From the NCBI RefSeq assembly GCF_963921235.1, contig NC_086097.1, positions 254,636,001 through 254,700,000 of the forward strand: a stretch of 64,000 nt of DNA, written 5' to 3'. The DNA comes from Mobula hypostoma. Its lineage: Eukaryota. Made by a program: the position numbers and the translations under genes. The notes beneath the pieces are model-generated. The model was not told where the DNA came from. It saw only the letters and a program-made list of their open reading frames with translations, and made no database searches. Numbering within the stretch: the first letter of the stretch is position 1; each line of letters opens with the position of its first letter. Shown here piece by piece: positions 1 to 13,369 of this stretch.

Positions 1-104
1 TGCTTATTATGATTCTTATGTTGCATCAAATATGGATTACAATCACTTCATTCTCTTTTATATTTGTATCCTGAAGAATGACAATCAACAATCTTGAATC
101 TTCC

Positions 105-362
105 AAACACGAGGAACTCTGCAGATGCTGGAAATTCAGGCAACACACATCAAAGTTGCTGGTGAACGCAGCAGGCCAGGCAGCATCTCTAGGAAGAGGT
201 AAAGTCGACGTTTCGGGCCGAGACCCTTCGTCAGAACTAACTGAAGGAAGAGCTAGTAAGAGATTTGAAAGTGGTAGGGGGAGGGGGAGATCCAAAATGA
301 TAGGAGAAGACAGGAAGGGGAGGGATGGAGCCAAGAGCTGGAAAGTTGATTGGCAAAAGGGA
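105..362 (-). mobile_element. Penelope-like element (PLE) 3' terminal-repeat fragment
   Basis: Near-identical to 34160-34395, which runs into a GIY-YIG C-terminus; contains the CTGACGA...GAAACGTC motif. Confidence 0.75.
203..238 (-). ncRNA. Minimal type I hammerhead ribozyme motif (PLE-associated)
   Basis: Minus strand reads AGUU-CUGACGA-A-GGGU(CUCG)GCCC-GAAA-CG-UC-GACU: complete core, stem II, stem I AGUU/GACU, GUC triplet. Confidence 0.7.
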
Positions 363-429
363 TATGAAACTTTCATCCCTCCACCAACAGCAACTTCTAA
401 GTGTGATCTTGAATCTTGAATGTCCGTCA

Positions 430-752
430 CTGGAAGCTTGAAGAAGCGGCGCCTTAAGGCCCTCACCCCTGGGCACACCCTCTTCTCATTGCTTTTATCC
501 TGGGCACGCCCTCTTCTCATTGCTCATATCAGGGAGAAGCTACAGGAGCCTGAAGACTCACACTCAACACTTTAGAAATGCCATCAGATTCTGAACGGTC
601 CATGAACCCGTCAAGACTACCTCATGATTTGTCTTTTGCACCATTTATTGATTTTGTAACTTATGGTAATTTTTAATGTGTCGCACTGTACTGCTGCCAC
701 AACACAACAATTTTCATGGTATATGTCAGTGATAATAAACCTGATTCTGATT
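430..752 (+). mobile_element. Rex1/Babar-like LINE 3' fragment
   Basis: Decayed H.LF.LL.SGR.Y.SL..HT-type C-terminus, then AATAAA and a (TGATTC)n-like tail; similar pieces at 30280-30666 and 61885-62478. Confidence 0.6.
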
Positions 753-984
753 CTGTTAATTACCTTGGAAATTTGAGGTTGTGATGGGATCACACCAAAA
801 GATAGGATGAGGAGCAGGATACAATGAATTTTGGGGTATCTGACCTGACCAAAATTTAAATAGCTACAAGAATAACTTCCCAGAGAACATGAGCTGCAAT
901 ATCTTTTGTCTAAATCCAGCAACACTCCATTTTTAGCCTCTTATTCTCTTAACCTCAGATGTCTGGGTCCAGTTGTACAAGTGG

Positions 985-1290
985 TCATCACAACTGGGGT
1001 CTTCCTTGGTTACAGTGCCTTGTCAGTCCCTCGGTCTCCAGGAGCTGCCTACCTGACCATTGGATCTCACTGTGGATATCATCTGACCAATCCACTAGAG
1101 ATGCCTTTGCATGTCCCTATCTCATTGGGCTATGAGGCCCATCGCTACCCCAGTGTGGCCACTGTCACTTGCAAACAGCTACATGGAGCCACATTTGAGA
1201 GCTGAGTGTCTGGTGGGGACCAAGTGTGAGTGAGCTGCCCTACAATTGGCACAGCAAGCCTCTTTACCAAAGGTCTTCTCTCTGGACAAC
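985..1290 (+). repeat. Unclassified dispersed repeat; second copy inverted at 3236-3390
   Basis: 1044-1170 matches the reverse complement of 3236-3380 (both give AYL.IGSHCGYHLTNP.EMP in the ORF track). Confidence 0.6.
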
Positions 1291-1579
1291 CTATTTTATA
1301 GATACAGAGTAGTACAAGAGGAATTTTATGGTAGTAGCTTGTCATTGGAAACAAAGAATAATTATTCACCATGGTATGTCAAAACACAAGTGAATCACTG
1401 AACCCACAGCTGGATGTTGTGCTCCAATAAGGCACCAAAAGTGAAATGGTCGCAATCTACGTCTGTTCGATTCTTGGTTGAAGCATAGTTTAAGGGTGAA
1501 TCATATTTAATTCTATATTTTATTTAAAAAATGGGCAGTATTAAAATGTAATGCAAGGATAAAAAAAAACATTACGGGA

Positions 1580-3240
1580 ATCATATATGGGCCTCCAAAT
1601 AGTAGCCAAGATGTAGGGTTGAGATTACAAAGGGAGCTGGAAAAGATATGTAATAAGGGTAATGACACAACTGTAATGAGGTACTTCAATACGCAAGGGG
1701 ATTGGGAAAATCAAGCTGGTGTTGAATTGCAAGAGAGGGAGTTTGTTGAATTTCTATGAGATGGCTTATTAGAGCAGCTTGCACATGAGCCGACTTGGGG
1801 AAAGGCCCTCTTAGATTGGGTGATCTGTTAGTCTTTGTGCGAGGGAGGGACTGGGAGCGTTTAGGGTTTGTGAGTATTTTCTTTTCATGCGGGGTAGGGG
1901 AACTAATGCCTTTCGTTCAAGTACTTCTATGGTTTGCCATATTTTATGGCTACCTGGAGAAGACAAATCTCAGAATTTTATTCTGCATACATACTTTGAC
2001 AATAAGATGGACCTTTGAACCTCCTGCCAATCAGCCACTGCTTTATCCATGCTAGAATATTTCCTGTAATACCTAGGGCTCTTAACTTGTTAAGCAGCCT
2101 CATTGTGTGGCACCTTGCCAAAGGCCTTGTGAAAATCCAAGTATATAACATCCACCATTTCTCATTTGTCTGTCCTGCTTGTATTTCTTCAAAGAATTCC
2201 AACAGATTTGTCAGGCAAGATGTTCCCCTGAGGACACCATGCTGTCTGTGGCCTATTTTATCATGTTCCTCCAAGTACCCCAAAACCACATCCTTAATAG
2301 TAGACTCCAACATCTTCCCAACCACTGAGGTCAGACTAACTGGCCTATATTCTGGGAGGGAGGTTTTCTAATGCTATTGGGGAGGGTTTAAACAAGATTA
2401 GCATAGGGGTGGGAACCAAAGTGAAGAGGCAGAGGAACATTGTATGGCATTCTGCATAGGTATGTTGCATTGAGGCTGGGAAAGGATGGTGGCGTCAAAG
2501 AACCATGGTATACAAAGGATGTAGAAAACCTAGTTAAGAAGAAAAGAAAAGTTTATGAAAGGTTCAAGAAACTAGGAACTATTAGAGTCTTAGAAAATTA
2601 CTAGGGTGCCAGGAAGGAGCTCAGAAATGAAATTAGGAGAGCTAGAAGGGTCCATGAGAAGGCCTTGGTGAGCAGGATTAAGGGAAAACCCAAGGCATTC
2701 AACAAGTATGTGAAGAGCAGGATGATGAACTGCATGAGAATAGAACCAATCAGGAGCGATAATGGAAACGTGCATGGAGCTGGAGTGGGTAGCGGAGATA
2801 CTGAATGAATACTTTGCTTCAGTATTCACCAGTGAAAAGGACCTTGAGGGGATGACTTACAGTGTACTGAAACTCTTGAGTGTATAGACATTAAGAAAGA
2901 GGACGTCCTGGAGCTTTTGAAAGGTATTAAGTTAGATAAGTCTCCGGAACTGGATGAGATATACCCCATGCTACCGTGGGAAGTGAGGGAGGAGATTGCT
3001 GAGCCTCTGGTGATGATCTTTGCATCATCAATGGGGATGGGAAAGGTTCCTGGGGATTGGAGGGTTGCAAATGTTGTTCCCTCGTTCAAGAAAGGGAGCA
3101 GAGATAACCTAGGAAATTATAGACCAGTGAGTCTTACTTCAGTGCTGGGCAAGTTGTTGAAGAAGATTGTCAGAGGCAAGATTTATGAACATTTCGAGAG
3201 ACAGAATCTGATTAGGGATAGTCAGCATGGCTTTGTCAAG
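1580..3240. mobile_element. Mosaic of decayed CR1 ORF2 fragments (+ 1580-1815, - 2015-2348, + 2350-3240)
   Basis: Motifs KSP..DEIYP, NYRPVSLTSV, SQHGF, SCLTNLLEFFEE. Confidence 0.8.
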
Positions 3241-4276
3241 TGACAATGGCCACACCGGGGTAGCCAATGGGCCTCATAGCCTGATGAGATAGGGACATGC
3301 CTGTCCTCACATACGAAGGCATCTCTACTGGATTGGTCAGATGATATCCACAGTGAGATCCAATGGCCAGGTAGGCAGTTGTGCAATGGTCCTCTCCACC
3401 TACCTGCCTTTTTCCCATAACCCTTAATTCCCCTACTATGCAAAAATCTATCCAACCTTGTCTTAAATATGTTTACTGAGGTAGCCTCCACTGCTTCATT
3501 GAGCAGAGAATTCCACAGATTCATCACCCTCTGGGAAAAGCAACTCCTCTTCATCTCCATCCTAAATCTACTCTCCTGAATATTGAGGCTATGTCCCTTA
3601 GTTCTAGTCTCACCAGCCAGTGGAAACAACTTTCCTGTCTCTATTTTATCTATCCCTTTCATAATTTTATGTTTCTATAAGATCTCTTCACATTCTTCTG
3701 AATTCCAGAGGGTACAGTCCCAGGCGACTCAATCTCTCCTCATAGTCTAACCCCCTCATCTCTGGAATCAACCTGGTGAACCTCCTCTGCACCACCTCCA
3801 AAGCCAGTATATCCTTCCTCAAGTATGGAGACCAGAACTGCACACAGTACTCCAGGTGCGGCCTCACCAGTACCCTGTATATTTGCAGCATGACCTCCCT
3901 GCTCTTGAATTCAATTCCTCTAGCAATGAAGGCCAACATTCCATTTGACTTCTTGATAGCCTGCTGCACCTGCAAACCAACCTTTTGTGATTCATGCACA
4001 AGCACTCCCAAGTCCCTCTGCACAGCAGCATGCTGCAATTTTTTACCATTTAAATAATAATCTGCTCTTCCATTTTTACCTTCCAAAGTGGATGACCCCA
4101 CATTTACCAACATTGTACTCCATCTGCCAGACTCTTGCCCACTCACTTAACCTATCTATATCTCTCTGCAGACTCTCCATACCTTCTGCGTAATTTGCTC
4201 TTCCACTCAATTTAGTATCATCAGCAAACCTAGATACACTAGACTCGGTCCCCTCTTGCAGATTATTAATATATGG

Positions 4277-5390
4277 TGTACCCAGGTTAATTAAACCCAA
4301 AGGTGTCATGTTAGAAAGCTCCAGCTGTGGAGGGATGGAAATGCTAAGGGAGGGCAGGGCACGGCTGACGCAGGCACGGACCAGGAGAGAAATGCAGCAA
4401 TGATTAGAAGCTGAAGATGTGAACTGTTAAGAGTGGAATAAGTAGCTTGAAAAGCTCAAGGTGAAACCACTAGAGGAGAGACGATAGCAATAAAAGATTT
4501 ATTGAAGCTGCAGCTATAACATGCAGCAGCTTTAATGAGAAAATATCGGCAGAGACAAGTGTCCTAAATCTCTAGTGCAGTTGGGATTTGGTCAAGTTTT
4601 TGTACAAGTTTGTGAACTGATTTACTGTGGATGATAAACTATTTCATTCCAATGAACCAAGAACGAAGATGGTGAGCTACCCAAGACTTGATGAACCAGT
4701 GCAGGAACGAAATGTGTAATGATGCAGAGGGTTTAATACGGTTGGACATCTAAATTTATTTTCATTCGAAAAATCCGAATGTGATTTTCTGCAAGAACTG
4801 ATTTGTTTTTTTTGCTAAGACTTTGATAAGTTACTGAATGAGATTTACTTTGTTTAAAAGTTGTGATGTCGAAGAATTGTGATGAAAGAAGTTACACTGT
4901 GTGTATATATAAAATTTCTGAATTTGAATTTAAACTTGTAGATATACTGCCTGGAACTGAAACTGAAGTTAACTATAATACTTGAGTATAGGAATTATAT
5001 TTGGTTTTCCAACTAATGAGGATAAGTGAAAAGGAAAGTTTAGTCTGTAAACTTTTAAAATGGGAATACCACGAGCAAATTATTTGGAGAAATTAGAGTA
5101 ATAAAAGAATTTCACTGATTCTAATTAAAAAGGAATTTGTTTTGGTTGATATCTAAGATTTGGAACCTAAACAGAATATTGGAATTTTGAATTGTTCTTA
5201 ATCATGTAAATATTTTGTACATTTTTTTTAATAAACAAAATGTATCTCCAGAAATGTGAGTTCTATTCACTGCCTCCTTTCGATACCTAAAATTTTCTGA
5301 TAACCTACTAGCACATAGTGTAATTTGATTTTCTCAGAAAGTGCGGTGACTAGACACACACAATAAGACAAGTGCTACACAGGTGGTACA
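4277..5390 (+). mobile_element. Candidate solo LTR (~1.1 kb) inserted in CR1 RT
   Basis: Non-CR1 AT-rich block splitting a CR1 RT; ends TGTACC...GGTACA; TATA-like motif ~4905; AATAAA ~5230; TSD ambiguous (ATAT). Confidence 0.5.
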
Positions 5391-6680
5391 ATATCGTGAA
5401 TAGTTGCGGGCCCAGCATCGACCCTGCAGCACACCGCTTACCACTGATTGCCAACCAGAGTAACACTCATGTATCCCAACTCTCTGCTTTCTATTAGTTA
5501 ACCAATCCTCTGTCCATGCTAATACATCACTCTCAACTTTATGCATTCTTATCTTATGGATAAGTCTTTTCTGCGGCACCTTATCGAATGCCTTCTGGAA
5601 ATCCAAGTAAATAACGTCCATCTGTTCCCCTCTATCCACTGTGCTCGTTATATCCTAAAAGAACTCCAGTAAGTTTGTTAAACAGGACCTGCCTTTGCTG
5701 AATCCATGCTGTGTCTGCCTGATGGATCCATTTCTTTCCAGATGCCTTGCTATTTCTTCTTTAATGATAGCTTCAAGCATTTTCCCAACTACAGATGTTA
5801 AACTGACTGGCCTATAGTTATCTGCTTTTTGCCGACACCCTTTTTTGAACAGTAGTGTGACATTCGCCGTCTTCCAATCCACCAGGACCTACCCAGAGTC
5901 TGGAGAATTTTGGTAAATCATCACCAAAGGCTCTACTATAACTTCTGCCATTTCTTTCAATACCCTGAGATACATTCCTTCAGGACAAGGGGACTTGTCT
6001 ATCTTCAGGCCCTCAAGTTTGCACAGCACCAGCACTTTAATGATAGCTATTGTAGTGAGGTCCTCACCTCCCATTCCATCCATAACATCTCACTTTGGCA
6101 TGTTAGACACGTCCTTCACCATGAAGACCAACACAAAATAGTCATTCAATGCTTCTGGCATCTCCTCATTACCCAACATCAATTCCCCCTCCTCGTTCTC
6201 CAAGGAACCTACGTTCACTTCAGCCACCCTTTTCCACTTTATATAATTATAAAAACTTTTACTACCCGTTTTTATATTTTGTGCTAGTTTATTTTCATTA
6301 TTTTCATAATCTTTCTTTATTGCTTGCTTGGTGGTTCTTTCTTGCTTCTTAAACTTTTCCCAATCTTCCAGTTTCCCACTACTCTTGGCAACTTTGTATG
6401 CACAAGCGTTTAGTTTGATGCCTTCTTTTATTTCCTTAGTTATCCAAGGCTGGGTCTCCCCACTCTTACTGTCCTTGCTTTTAACTGGAATATACTTCTG
6501 TTGAGCACTGTAAAAAATCTCTTTGAAATTCTTCCACTGTTCCTCCATGTAGCCTGTGTTCCCAGTCTACACCAGCCAAATCCTCCCTCATCCCATTATA
6601 GTCTCCATTGTTTATGCATAATAGAAGGGTTTTAGATCAAACTATTGCACCCTCCATTTGTATGAAAAACTCAGTCATAC

Positions 6681-7125
6681 ATAGCACATAGAACATAGAA
6701 TAGTACAGCACAGTACAGGCCCTTCGGCCCACAATGTTGTGCCAACCCTCAAACCCTGCCTCCCATATAAGCCCCACCATAAATTCCTCCATATACCCGT
6801 CTCGTAGTCTCTTAAACTTCACTAGTGTATCTGCCTGCACCACTGACTCAGGCAGTGCATTCCACGCACGAACCACTCTCTGAGTAAAAAACCTTCCTCT
6901 AATATCCCCCTTGAACTTCCCACCCCTTACCTTAAAGCCAAGTCCTCTTGTATTGAACAGTGGTGCCCTGGGGCAGAGATGCTGGCTATCCACTCTATCT
7001 ATTCCTCTTATTATCTTGTACACCTCTATCAAGTCTCCTCTCATCCTCCTTCCCTCCAAAGAGTAAAGCCCTAGCTCCCTTAATCTCTGATCAGAGTAAA
7101 GCCCTAGCGCCCTTAATCTCTGATC
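6681..7125 (-). mobile_element. 5'-truncated CR1 3' fragment
   Basis: RGDLIEVYKIIRGIDRVD...FFTQRVVRAWN; (ATAGAAC)-type tail at 6681-6700; 33-bp tandem duplication 7060-7125. Confidence 0.85.
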
Positions 7126-7170
7126 ATACTGTCATACATTTCCAAGAGGATCCCCAACTACAATCAGATC

Positions 7171-8368
7171 ATCTCTAACAAGCTTGATAGAGTTCTTTGA
7201 GGAGGTAACCAGGCATATAGATGAGGGTAGTGCAGTGGATGTGATCTACATGGATTTTAGTAAGGCATTTGACAAGGTTCCACACAGTAGGCTTATTCAG
7301 AAAGTCAGAAGGCATGGGATCCAGGAAGTTTGGCCAGGTAGATTCAGAATTGGCTTGCCTGCAGAAAGCAGAGGGTCGTGGTGGAGGGAATACTTCGGGA
7401 TTGGAGGGTTGTGACTAGTGGTGTCCCACAAGGATTGGTTCTGGGACCTCTACCTTTCGTGATTTTTATTAACGACCTGGATGTAGGGGTAGAAGGGTGG
7501 GTTGGCAAGTTTGCAGACGACGCAAAAGTTGGTGGTGTTGTGGATAGTGTAGAGGATTGTCGCAGATTGGAGAGAGACATTGATAGGATGCAGAAGGGGG
7601 CTGAGAAATGGCAGATGGAGTTCAACCCAGAGAAGTGTGAGGTGGTAAACTTTGGAAGGACAAACTCCAAGGCAGAGTACAAAGTCAATGGCAGGATACT
7701 TGGAAGTGTGGAGAAGCAGAGGGATCTGGGGGTACATGTCCACAGATCCCTGAAAGTTGCCTCACAGGTAGATAGGGTAGTTAAGAAAGCTTATGGGGTG
7801 TTAGCCTTCATAAGTCGAGGGATAGAGTTTAAGAGTTGCGATGTAATGATGCAGCTCTATAAAACTCTGGTTAGGCCATACTTGGAGTACTGTGTCCAGT
7901 TCTGGTCACCTCACTATAGGAAGGATGTGGAAGCATTGGAAAGGGTACAGAGGAGATTTACCAGGATGCTGCCTGGTTTAGAGAGTATGCATTATGATCA
8001 GAGATTAAGGGAGCTAGGGCTTTACTCTTTGGAGAGAAGGAGGATGATAGGAGACATGATAGAGGTATACAAGATATTAAGAGGAATAGATAGAGTGGAT
8101 AGCCAGCGCCTCTTTCCCAGGTCACCACTGCTCGATACAAGAGGACATGGCTTTAAGGTAAAGGGTGGGAAGTTCAAAGGGGATATAAGAGGAAGGTTTT
8201 TCACTCAGAGTGTGGTTGGTGCGTGGAATGCACTGCCTGAGTCAGTGGTGGATGCAGATACACTAGTGAAGTTTAAGAGACTGCTAGACAGGTATATGGA
8301 GGAATTTAAGGTGGGGGGTTATATGGGAGGCAGGGTTTGAGGGTCGGCACAACATTGCGGGCTGAAGG
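7171..8368 (+). mobile_element. 5'-truncated CR1 LINE (RT to 3' UTR)
   Basis: ORF 7378-8340: GVPQG..LGP, FADDAK, RPYLEYCVQFWSP. Confidence 0.9.
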
Positions 8369-8397
8369 GATTACCATTAATCCTTTGAGTTACCAAG

Positions 8398-11300
8398 TAT
8401 TACCCTCTATTTTTCTAAGCTCCATGTACCTTTCCAGGAGTCTCTTAAAAGACCCTATCGTATCCGCCTCCACCACCGCTGCCGCCGGCAGCCCATTCCA
8501 CGCACTCACCACTCTCTGCGTAAAAAAACTTACCCCTGACATCTCCACTGTACCTACTTCCAAGCTCCTTAAAACTGTGCCCTCTCATGCTAGCCATTTC
8601 AGCCCTGGGAAAAAGCCTCTGACTATCCACTCGATCAATGCCTCTCATCATCTTATACACCTCTATCAGGTCACCTCTCATTCTCCGTCGCTCCAAGGAA
8701 AAAAGACCAAGTTCACTCAACCTATTCTCATAAGGCATGCTCCCCAATCCAGGCAACATCCTTGTACATCTCCTCTGCACCCTTTCTATGGTTTCCACAT
8801 CCTTCCTATAGTGAGACGACCAGAACTGAGCACAGTACTCCAAGTGGGGTCTGACCAGGGTCCTATATAGCTGCAACATTACCTCTCGGTTCCTAAACTC
8901 AATCCCACGATTGATGAAGGCCAATGCACCGTATGCCTTCTTAACCACAGAGTCAACCTGCGCAGCTGCTTTGATTGTCCTATGGACTCGGACCCCAAGA
9001 TTCCTCTGATCCTCCACACTGCCAAGAGTCTTACCATTAATACTATATTCTGTCACCATATTTGACCTATCAAAATGAACCACCTCACTTATCTGGGTTG
9101 AACTCCATCTGCCACTTCTCAGCCCAGTTTTTTATCCTATCAATGTCCCACTATCGACAACACCCCCAACCTTTGTGTCATCAGCAAACTTACTAACTCA
9201 TCCCTCCACTTCCTCATCCAGCTCATTTATAAAAATCACAAAGAGTAGGGGTCCCAGAATAGATCCCTGAGGCACACCACTAGTCACCGACCTACGTGCA
9301 GAATATGACCTGTCTACAACCACTCTTTGCCTTCTGTGGGCAAGCCAGTTCTGGATCCACAAAGCAATATCCCCTTGGATCCCATGCCTCCTTATTTTCT
9401 CAATAAGCCTTGTATGGGGTACCTTAACAAATACCTTGCTGAAATCCATATACACTACATCTACTGCTCTCCCTTCATCAATGTGTTTAGTCACATCCTC
9501 ACAAAATTCAATCAGGCTCATAAGGCACGACCTGCCTTTGATAAAGCCATGCTAACTATTCCTAATCATATTATGCCTCTCCAAATGCCTCTCAGGATCT
9601 TCTGTATCAACTTACCAACCACTGAATTAAGACTCACTGGTCTATAATTTCCTGGGCTAACTCTACCGCCTTTCTTGAATAACAGAACAACATCTGCAAC
9701 CCTCCAGTCCTCTGGAACCTCCCCCGTCCCCATTGATGATGCAAAGATCATTGCCAGAGGCTCAGCAATCTCCTTCCTCGCCTCCCACAGTAGCTTGGGG
9801 TACATCTCGTCTGGTCTCAAAGACTTATCCAACTTGATGCTTTCCAAAAGCTCCAGCACATCCTCTTTCTTAATGTCTCTACGCTCAAGCTTTTCAGATA
9901 CTGTAAGTCATCCCTACGATCGCCAAGATCCTCCTCCGTAGTGAATACTGAAGTAAAGTATTCATTAAGTACCTCTGCTATCTCCTCCGGTTCCATACAC
10001 ACTTTCCCTCTGTCACACTTGATTGCTCCTATTCTCTTGCTCTTCACATACTTGTAGAATGCCTTGGGGTTTTCCTTAATCCTGTCTACTAGTCATGGCC
10101 CCTTCTGGCTCTCCTAATTTCATTCTTAACCTCTTCCCTGCTGACCTTATAATTTTCTAGATCTCTATCATTACCTAATTTTTGGAACCTTTGGTAAGCT
10201 TTTCTTTTCTTCTTGAGTAAATTTTCAACAGCCTTTGTACACCATGGTTCCTGTACCCTACCATCCTTTCCCCGTCTCATTGGAACGTACTTATGCAGAA
10301 CACCAAGCAAATACGCCCAGGACATTTGCCATATTTCTGCTGTACATTTCCCTGAGAACATCTGTTCCCAATTTATGCATCCAAGTTCCTGCCTGATAAC
10401 TTCATATTTCCTCTTGCTCCAAATTAAATGCTTTCCTAACTTGTCTGTTCCTATCCCTCTCCAATGCTATGGTAAAGGAGATAGAATTGTGATCACTATC
10501 TCCAAAATGCTCTCCCACTGAGAGACCTGACACCTGACCAGGTTCATTTCCCAATACCAGATCAAGCACAGCCTCTTCTTGTAGGCTTATCTACATATTG
10601 TGTCAGGAAACCTTCCTGAATACACCTAATAAACTCCACCCCATCTAAACCCCTTGCTCTAGGGAGATGCCAATCAATATTAGGGAAATTAAAATCTCCC
10701 ACCACGACCACCCTGTTATTATTACACCTTTCCAGAATCTGACTCCCTATCTGCTCCTCCATGTCCCTGTTAATATTTGGTGGTCAATAAAAACCACCCA
10801 GTCGTGTTATTGACCCCTTGCTGTTCCTAACCTCCACCCACAGAGACTCAGTAGACAATCCCTCCATGGCGTCCACCTTTTCTGCAGCTGTGACACTCTC
10901 TCTGATCAACAGTGCCACACCCCCATCTCTTTTGCCTCCCTCCCTGTCCTTTCTGAAGCATCTGAAGCCTGGCACTCTAAGTAACCATTCCTGCCCCTGA
11001 GCTGTCCAAGTCTCTGTAATGGCCACAACATCATAGCTCCAAGTACTGATCCACACTCTAAGCTCATCTGCTTTGTTCATGCTGCTTCTTGCATTCAAAT
11101 AGACACATCTCAAGCCATCGGTCTGAGCGTGTCCCTTGTCTATCACCAGCCTATCCTCCCCCTCACACTTTCTCCATTTGTGAGCCAACTGCCTCTTCCT
11201 CTGTCCTTTCAGTTCAGTTTCCACCCCCCAGCAATTCTAGCTTACACTCTCCACAATAGCCTTAGCAAACCTCCCCGCCAGGATATTGGTCCCCCTGGGA

Positions 11301-12450
11301 TTCAAGTGTAACCCACCCTTTTTGTACAGATCACGCCTGCCCCAAAAGAGGTCCCAATGTTTGAATCCCTTCAATCCTTCAGCTACGCATTTATCCTCCA
11401 CCTCACTCTATTCCTGTCCTCACTGTCACGTGGCACAGGCAGTAATCCCGAGATTACTACCCTTGAAGTCCTTCTTCTAGGCTTCCTTCCTAACTCCCTG
11501 TATTCTATTTTTAGGACCTCCTCCCTTTTTCTACCCATGTCGTTGGTACCAGTATGTACCACAAACTATGGCTGCTCATCCTCCCTTTTCAGGATATCGT
11601 GGACGCATCCAGAAACATTGCCCACCCTGGCACCTGGGAGATAAACTGCCATCTATGTTTCTTTATTTTCATCCACTGAATCGCCTGTCTGTCCCCCTAG
11701 CTATACATCCCCTATTACTGCTGCCAGCCTCCTCAGTTATTTACCCTTCTGAGCCTCAGGGACAGACTCTGTGCCAGAGGCACGACCATTGTTGCTTCCT
11801 CCAGATAAGTTCTCCTCACTCCTCCCTACAATAGTACTCAAAATGGAGTACTTATTGATGAAGGGGACATCCACAGGAGTGCTCTCCACTATCTGATGTT
11901 CTCCCTTGCCTCTCCTGACAGTCACCCATTCATCTGTCTCCTGTAGCCTTGGGGTGATGACCTCCTTGTAGCTCCTCTCCATCACTGCTTCATTCTCCCT
12001 CACAAGCCGAAGGCCATCGAGCTGCAGCTCCAGATCCTTAACATGGTCTCTAAGGAGCTGCATCTCGATGCAACTGGTACAGATGTGGCCTTCGGGGAGG
12101 CTGGTTGTCTCCCAGATATTCTACATCCGATACCCAAAACAGAACACTGGCTCTGTAGACATACCCCCTGTTCTCTCAGGAGAGAAGTAAGAGAAAGGAA
12201 ATAAGAAATAAGGAATGAACTGACCTAGTTACCTTGCCTCTGCCTGTTCTCGCCGAAGCATTACCAATCTGACTGGGCCACTCCCATGACGACCGCTCCG
12301 CTGGATGGGAGCCTTCTTTTATGGAGTCTAGGCTTTTAAAGCTCTTTCCCGAACCTGTATGGGAGTGCTTCGACTGTGTCTGTAAAGTTCTCCAATCAAT
12401 GAGTCCCGCTGAAAAAACTTCCTGCTTTTTAAACCTCTTCACCAGACTTG
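8398..12450 (-). mobile_element. Near full-length decayed CR1 LINE (5' UTR, ORF1, ORF2)
   Basis: ORF1 relic 11230-12160 (QLLRDHVKDLELQLD coiled coil, esterase-like part); endonuclease (YLNARS, ITETW, VGDFN); RT; many frameshifts. Confidence 0.9.
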
Positions 12451-13369
12451 CATGGGAACACTTCTACTTCGCCTGCATCATACTCCATATTTATATATTT
12501 ATAAACTAATTGGTTTCAGAAGTTCGAGCCATTGCTGCTCTGCCATCATCCCAGCCAACATTAATCAATTCTAGCCAACTCCTGTCTCATGCCTCTGTAT
12601 GTAATTCCCTTTACTTCACTGTAGTACTGATACATCGGACTTTAACTTCTCCTTCTCAAATTTCAGGGTGAATTCAATCATATTATGATCAATTGCCCCT
12701 AAGGGTTCTTTTACCTTAACGTCTCTGATCAATTCCAGTTCATTGCACAGAATGGTGAAGTATTCAATGTCTTATGGTCTTCCAGACTTCAAAGCAGTTA
12801 GTATGATTGTAACAATATTTGTAAACTCTAACCCACTAGAAGTAAATTTTCCTTTTTAATTGCCTGCTGAATTGATATGCTGACTCTTTGTGCTTCATGC
12901 AAATGCTATTCTTCTGAGAAATTCTGTTCTCCTTTCTCCAAGGAACCATTTGGCCAGACATGGCATCAGGGAGTTTCTGACAAAACTGAAGACATCAAGG
13001 TGACCACTTTACAAAGCAAGATGGTGGTGTGTGTTGGAGATCAGTCACACCCCCCAGCCCCCTTAAGACATAACTGCAGAGGTTCCTCAGAGCAGTGTCC
13101 TAGGACCAACCATCTTCACCTGTTTCATCAGGGATCTTCCACCATTAGGTCATCAGTGGGCACAGTCACATGTTTGCACAGTGTTTAATTCTATTAATAA
13201 CACTCAAGTTCAAGTTCAAGTTTATTGTCATTCAACCATATTAAAGTTCAAAGTACATTTATTATCCAAGTACATATATGTCACCATATACAATGCTGAG
13301 ATTCATTTTCTTGTGGGCATTCACAGTAAATACAAAGAAACAAAATAAAATTGATTCGTATCATCTGCA

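Larger units (their letters stand above)
3395..7170 (-). mobile_element. Decayed CR1 LINE ORF2, interrupted at 4277-5390 and 6681-7125
   Basis: ORF pieces with FADDTKL, YLDFQKAFDKVP, NYRPVSLTSVVGK, RPHLEYCVQFWSP; host sequence resumes after each insertion. Confidence 0.9.

Noticed and set aside
26..520. ORFs over PLE repeats (also 33978-34488, 45100-45867, 28246-28821)
   Set aside because: They lie in purine/pyrimidine-biased non-coding terminal repeats and cross unrelated repeat junctions.
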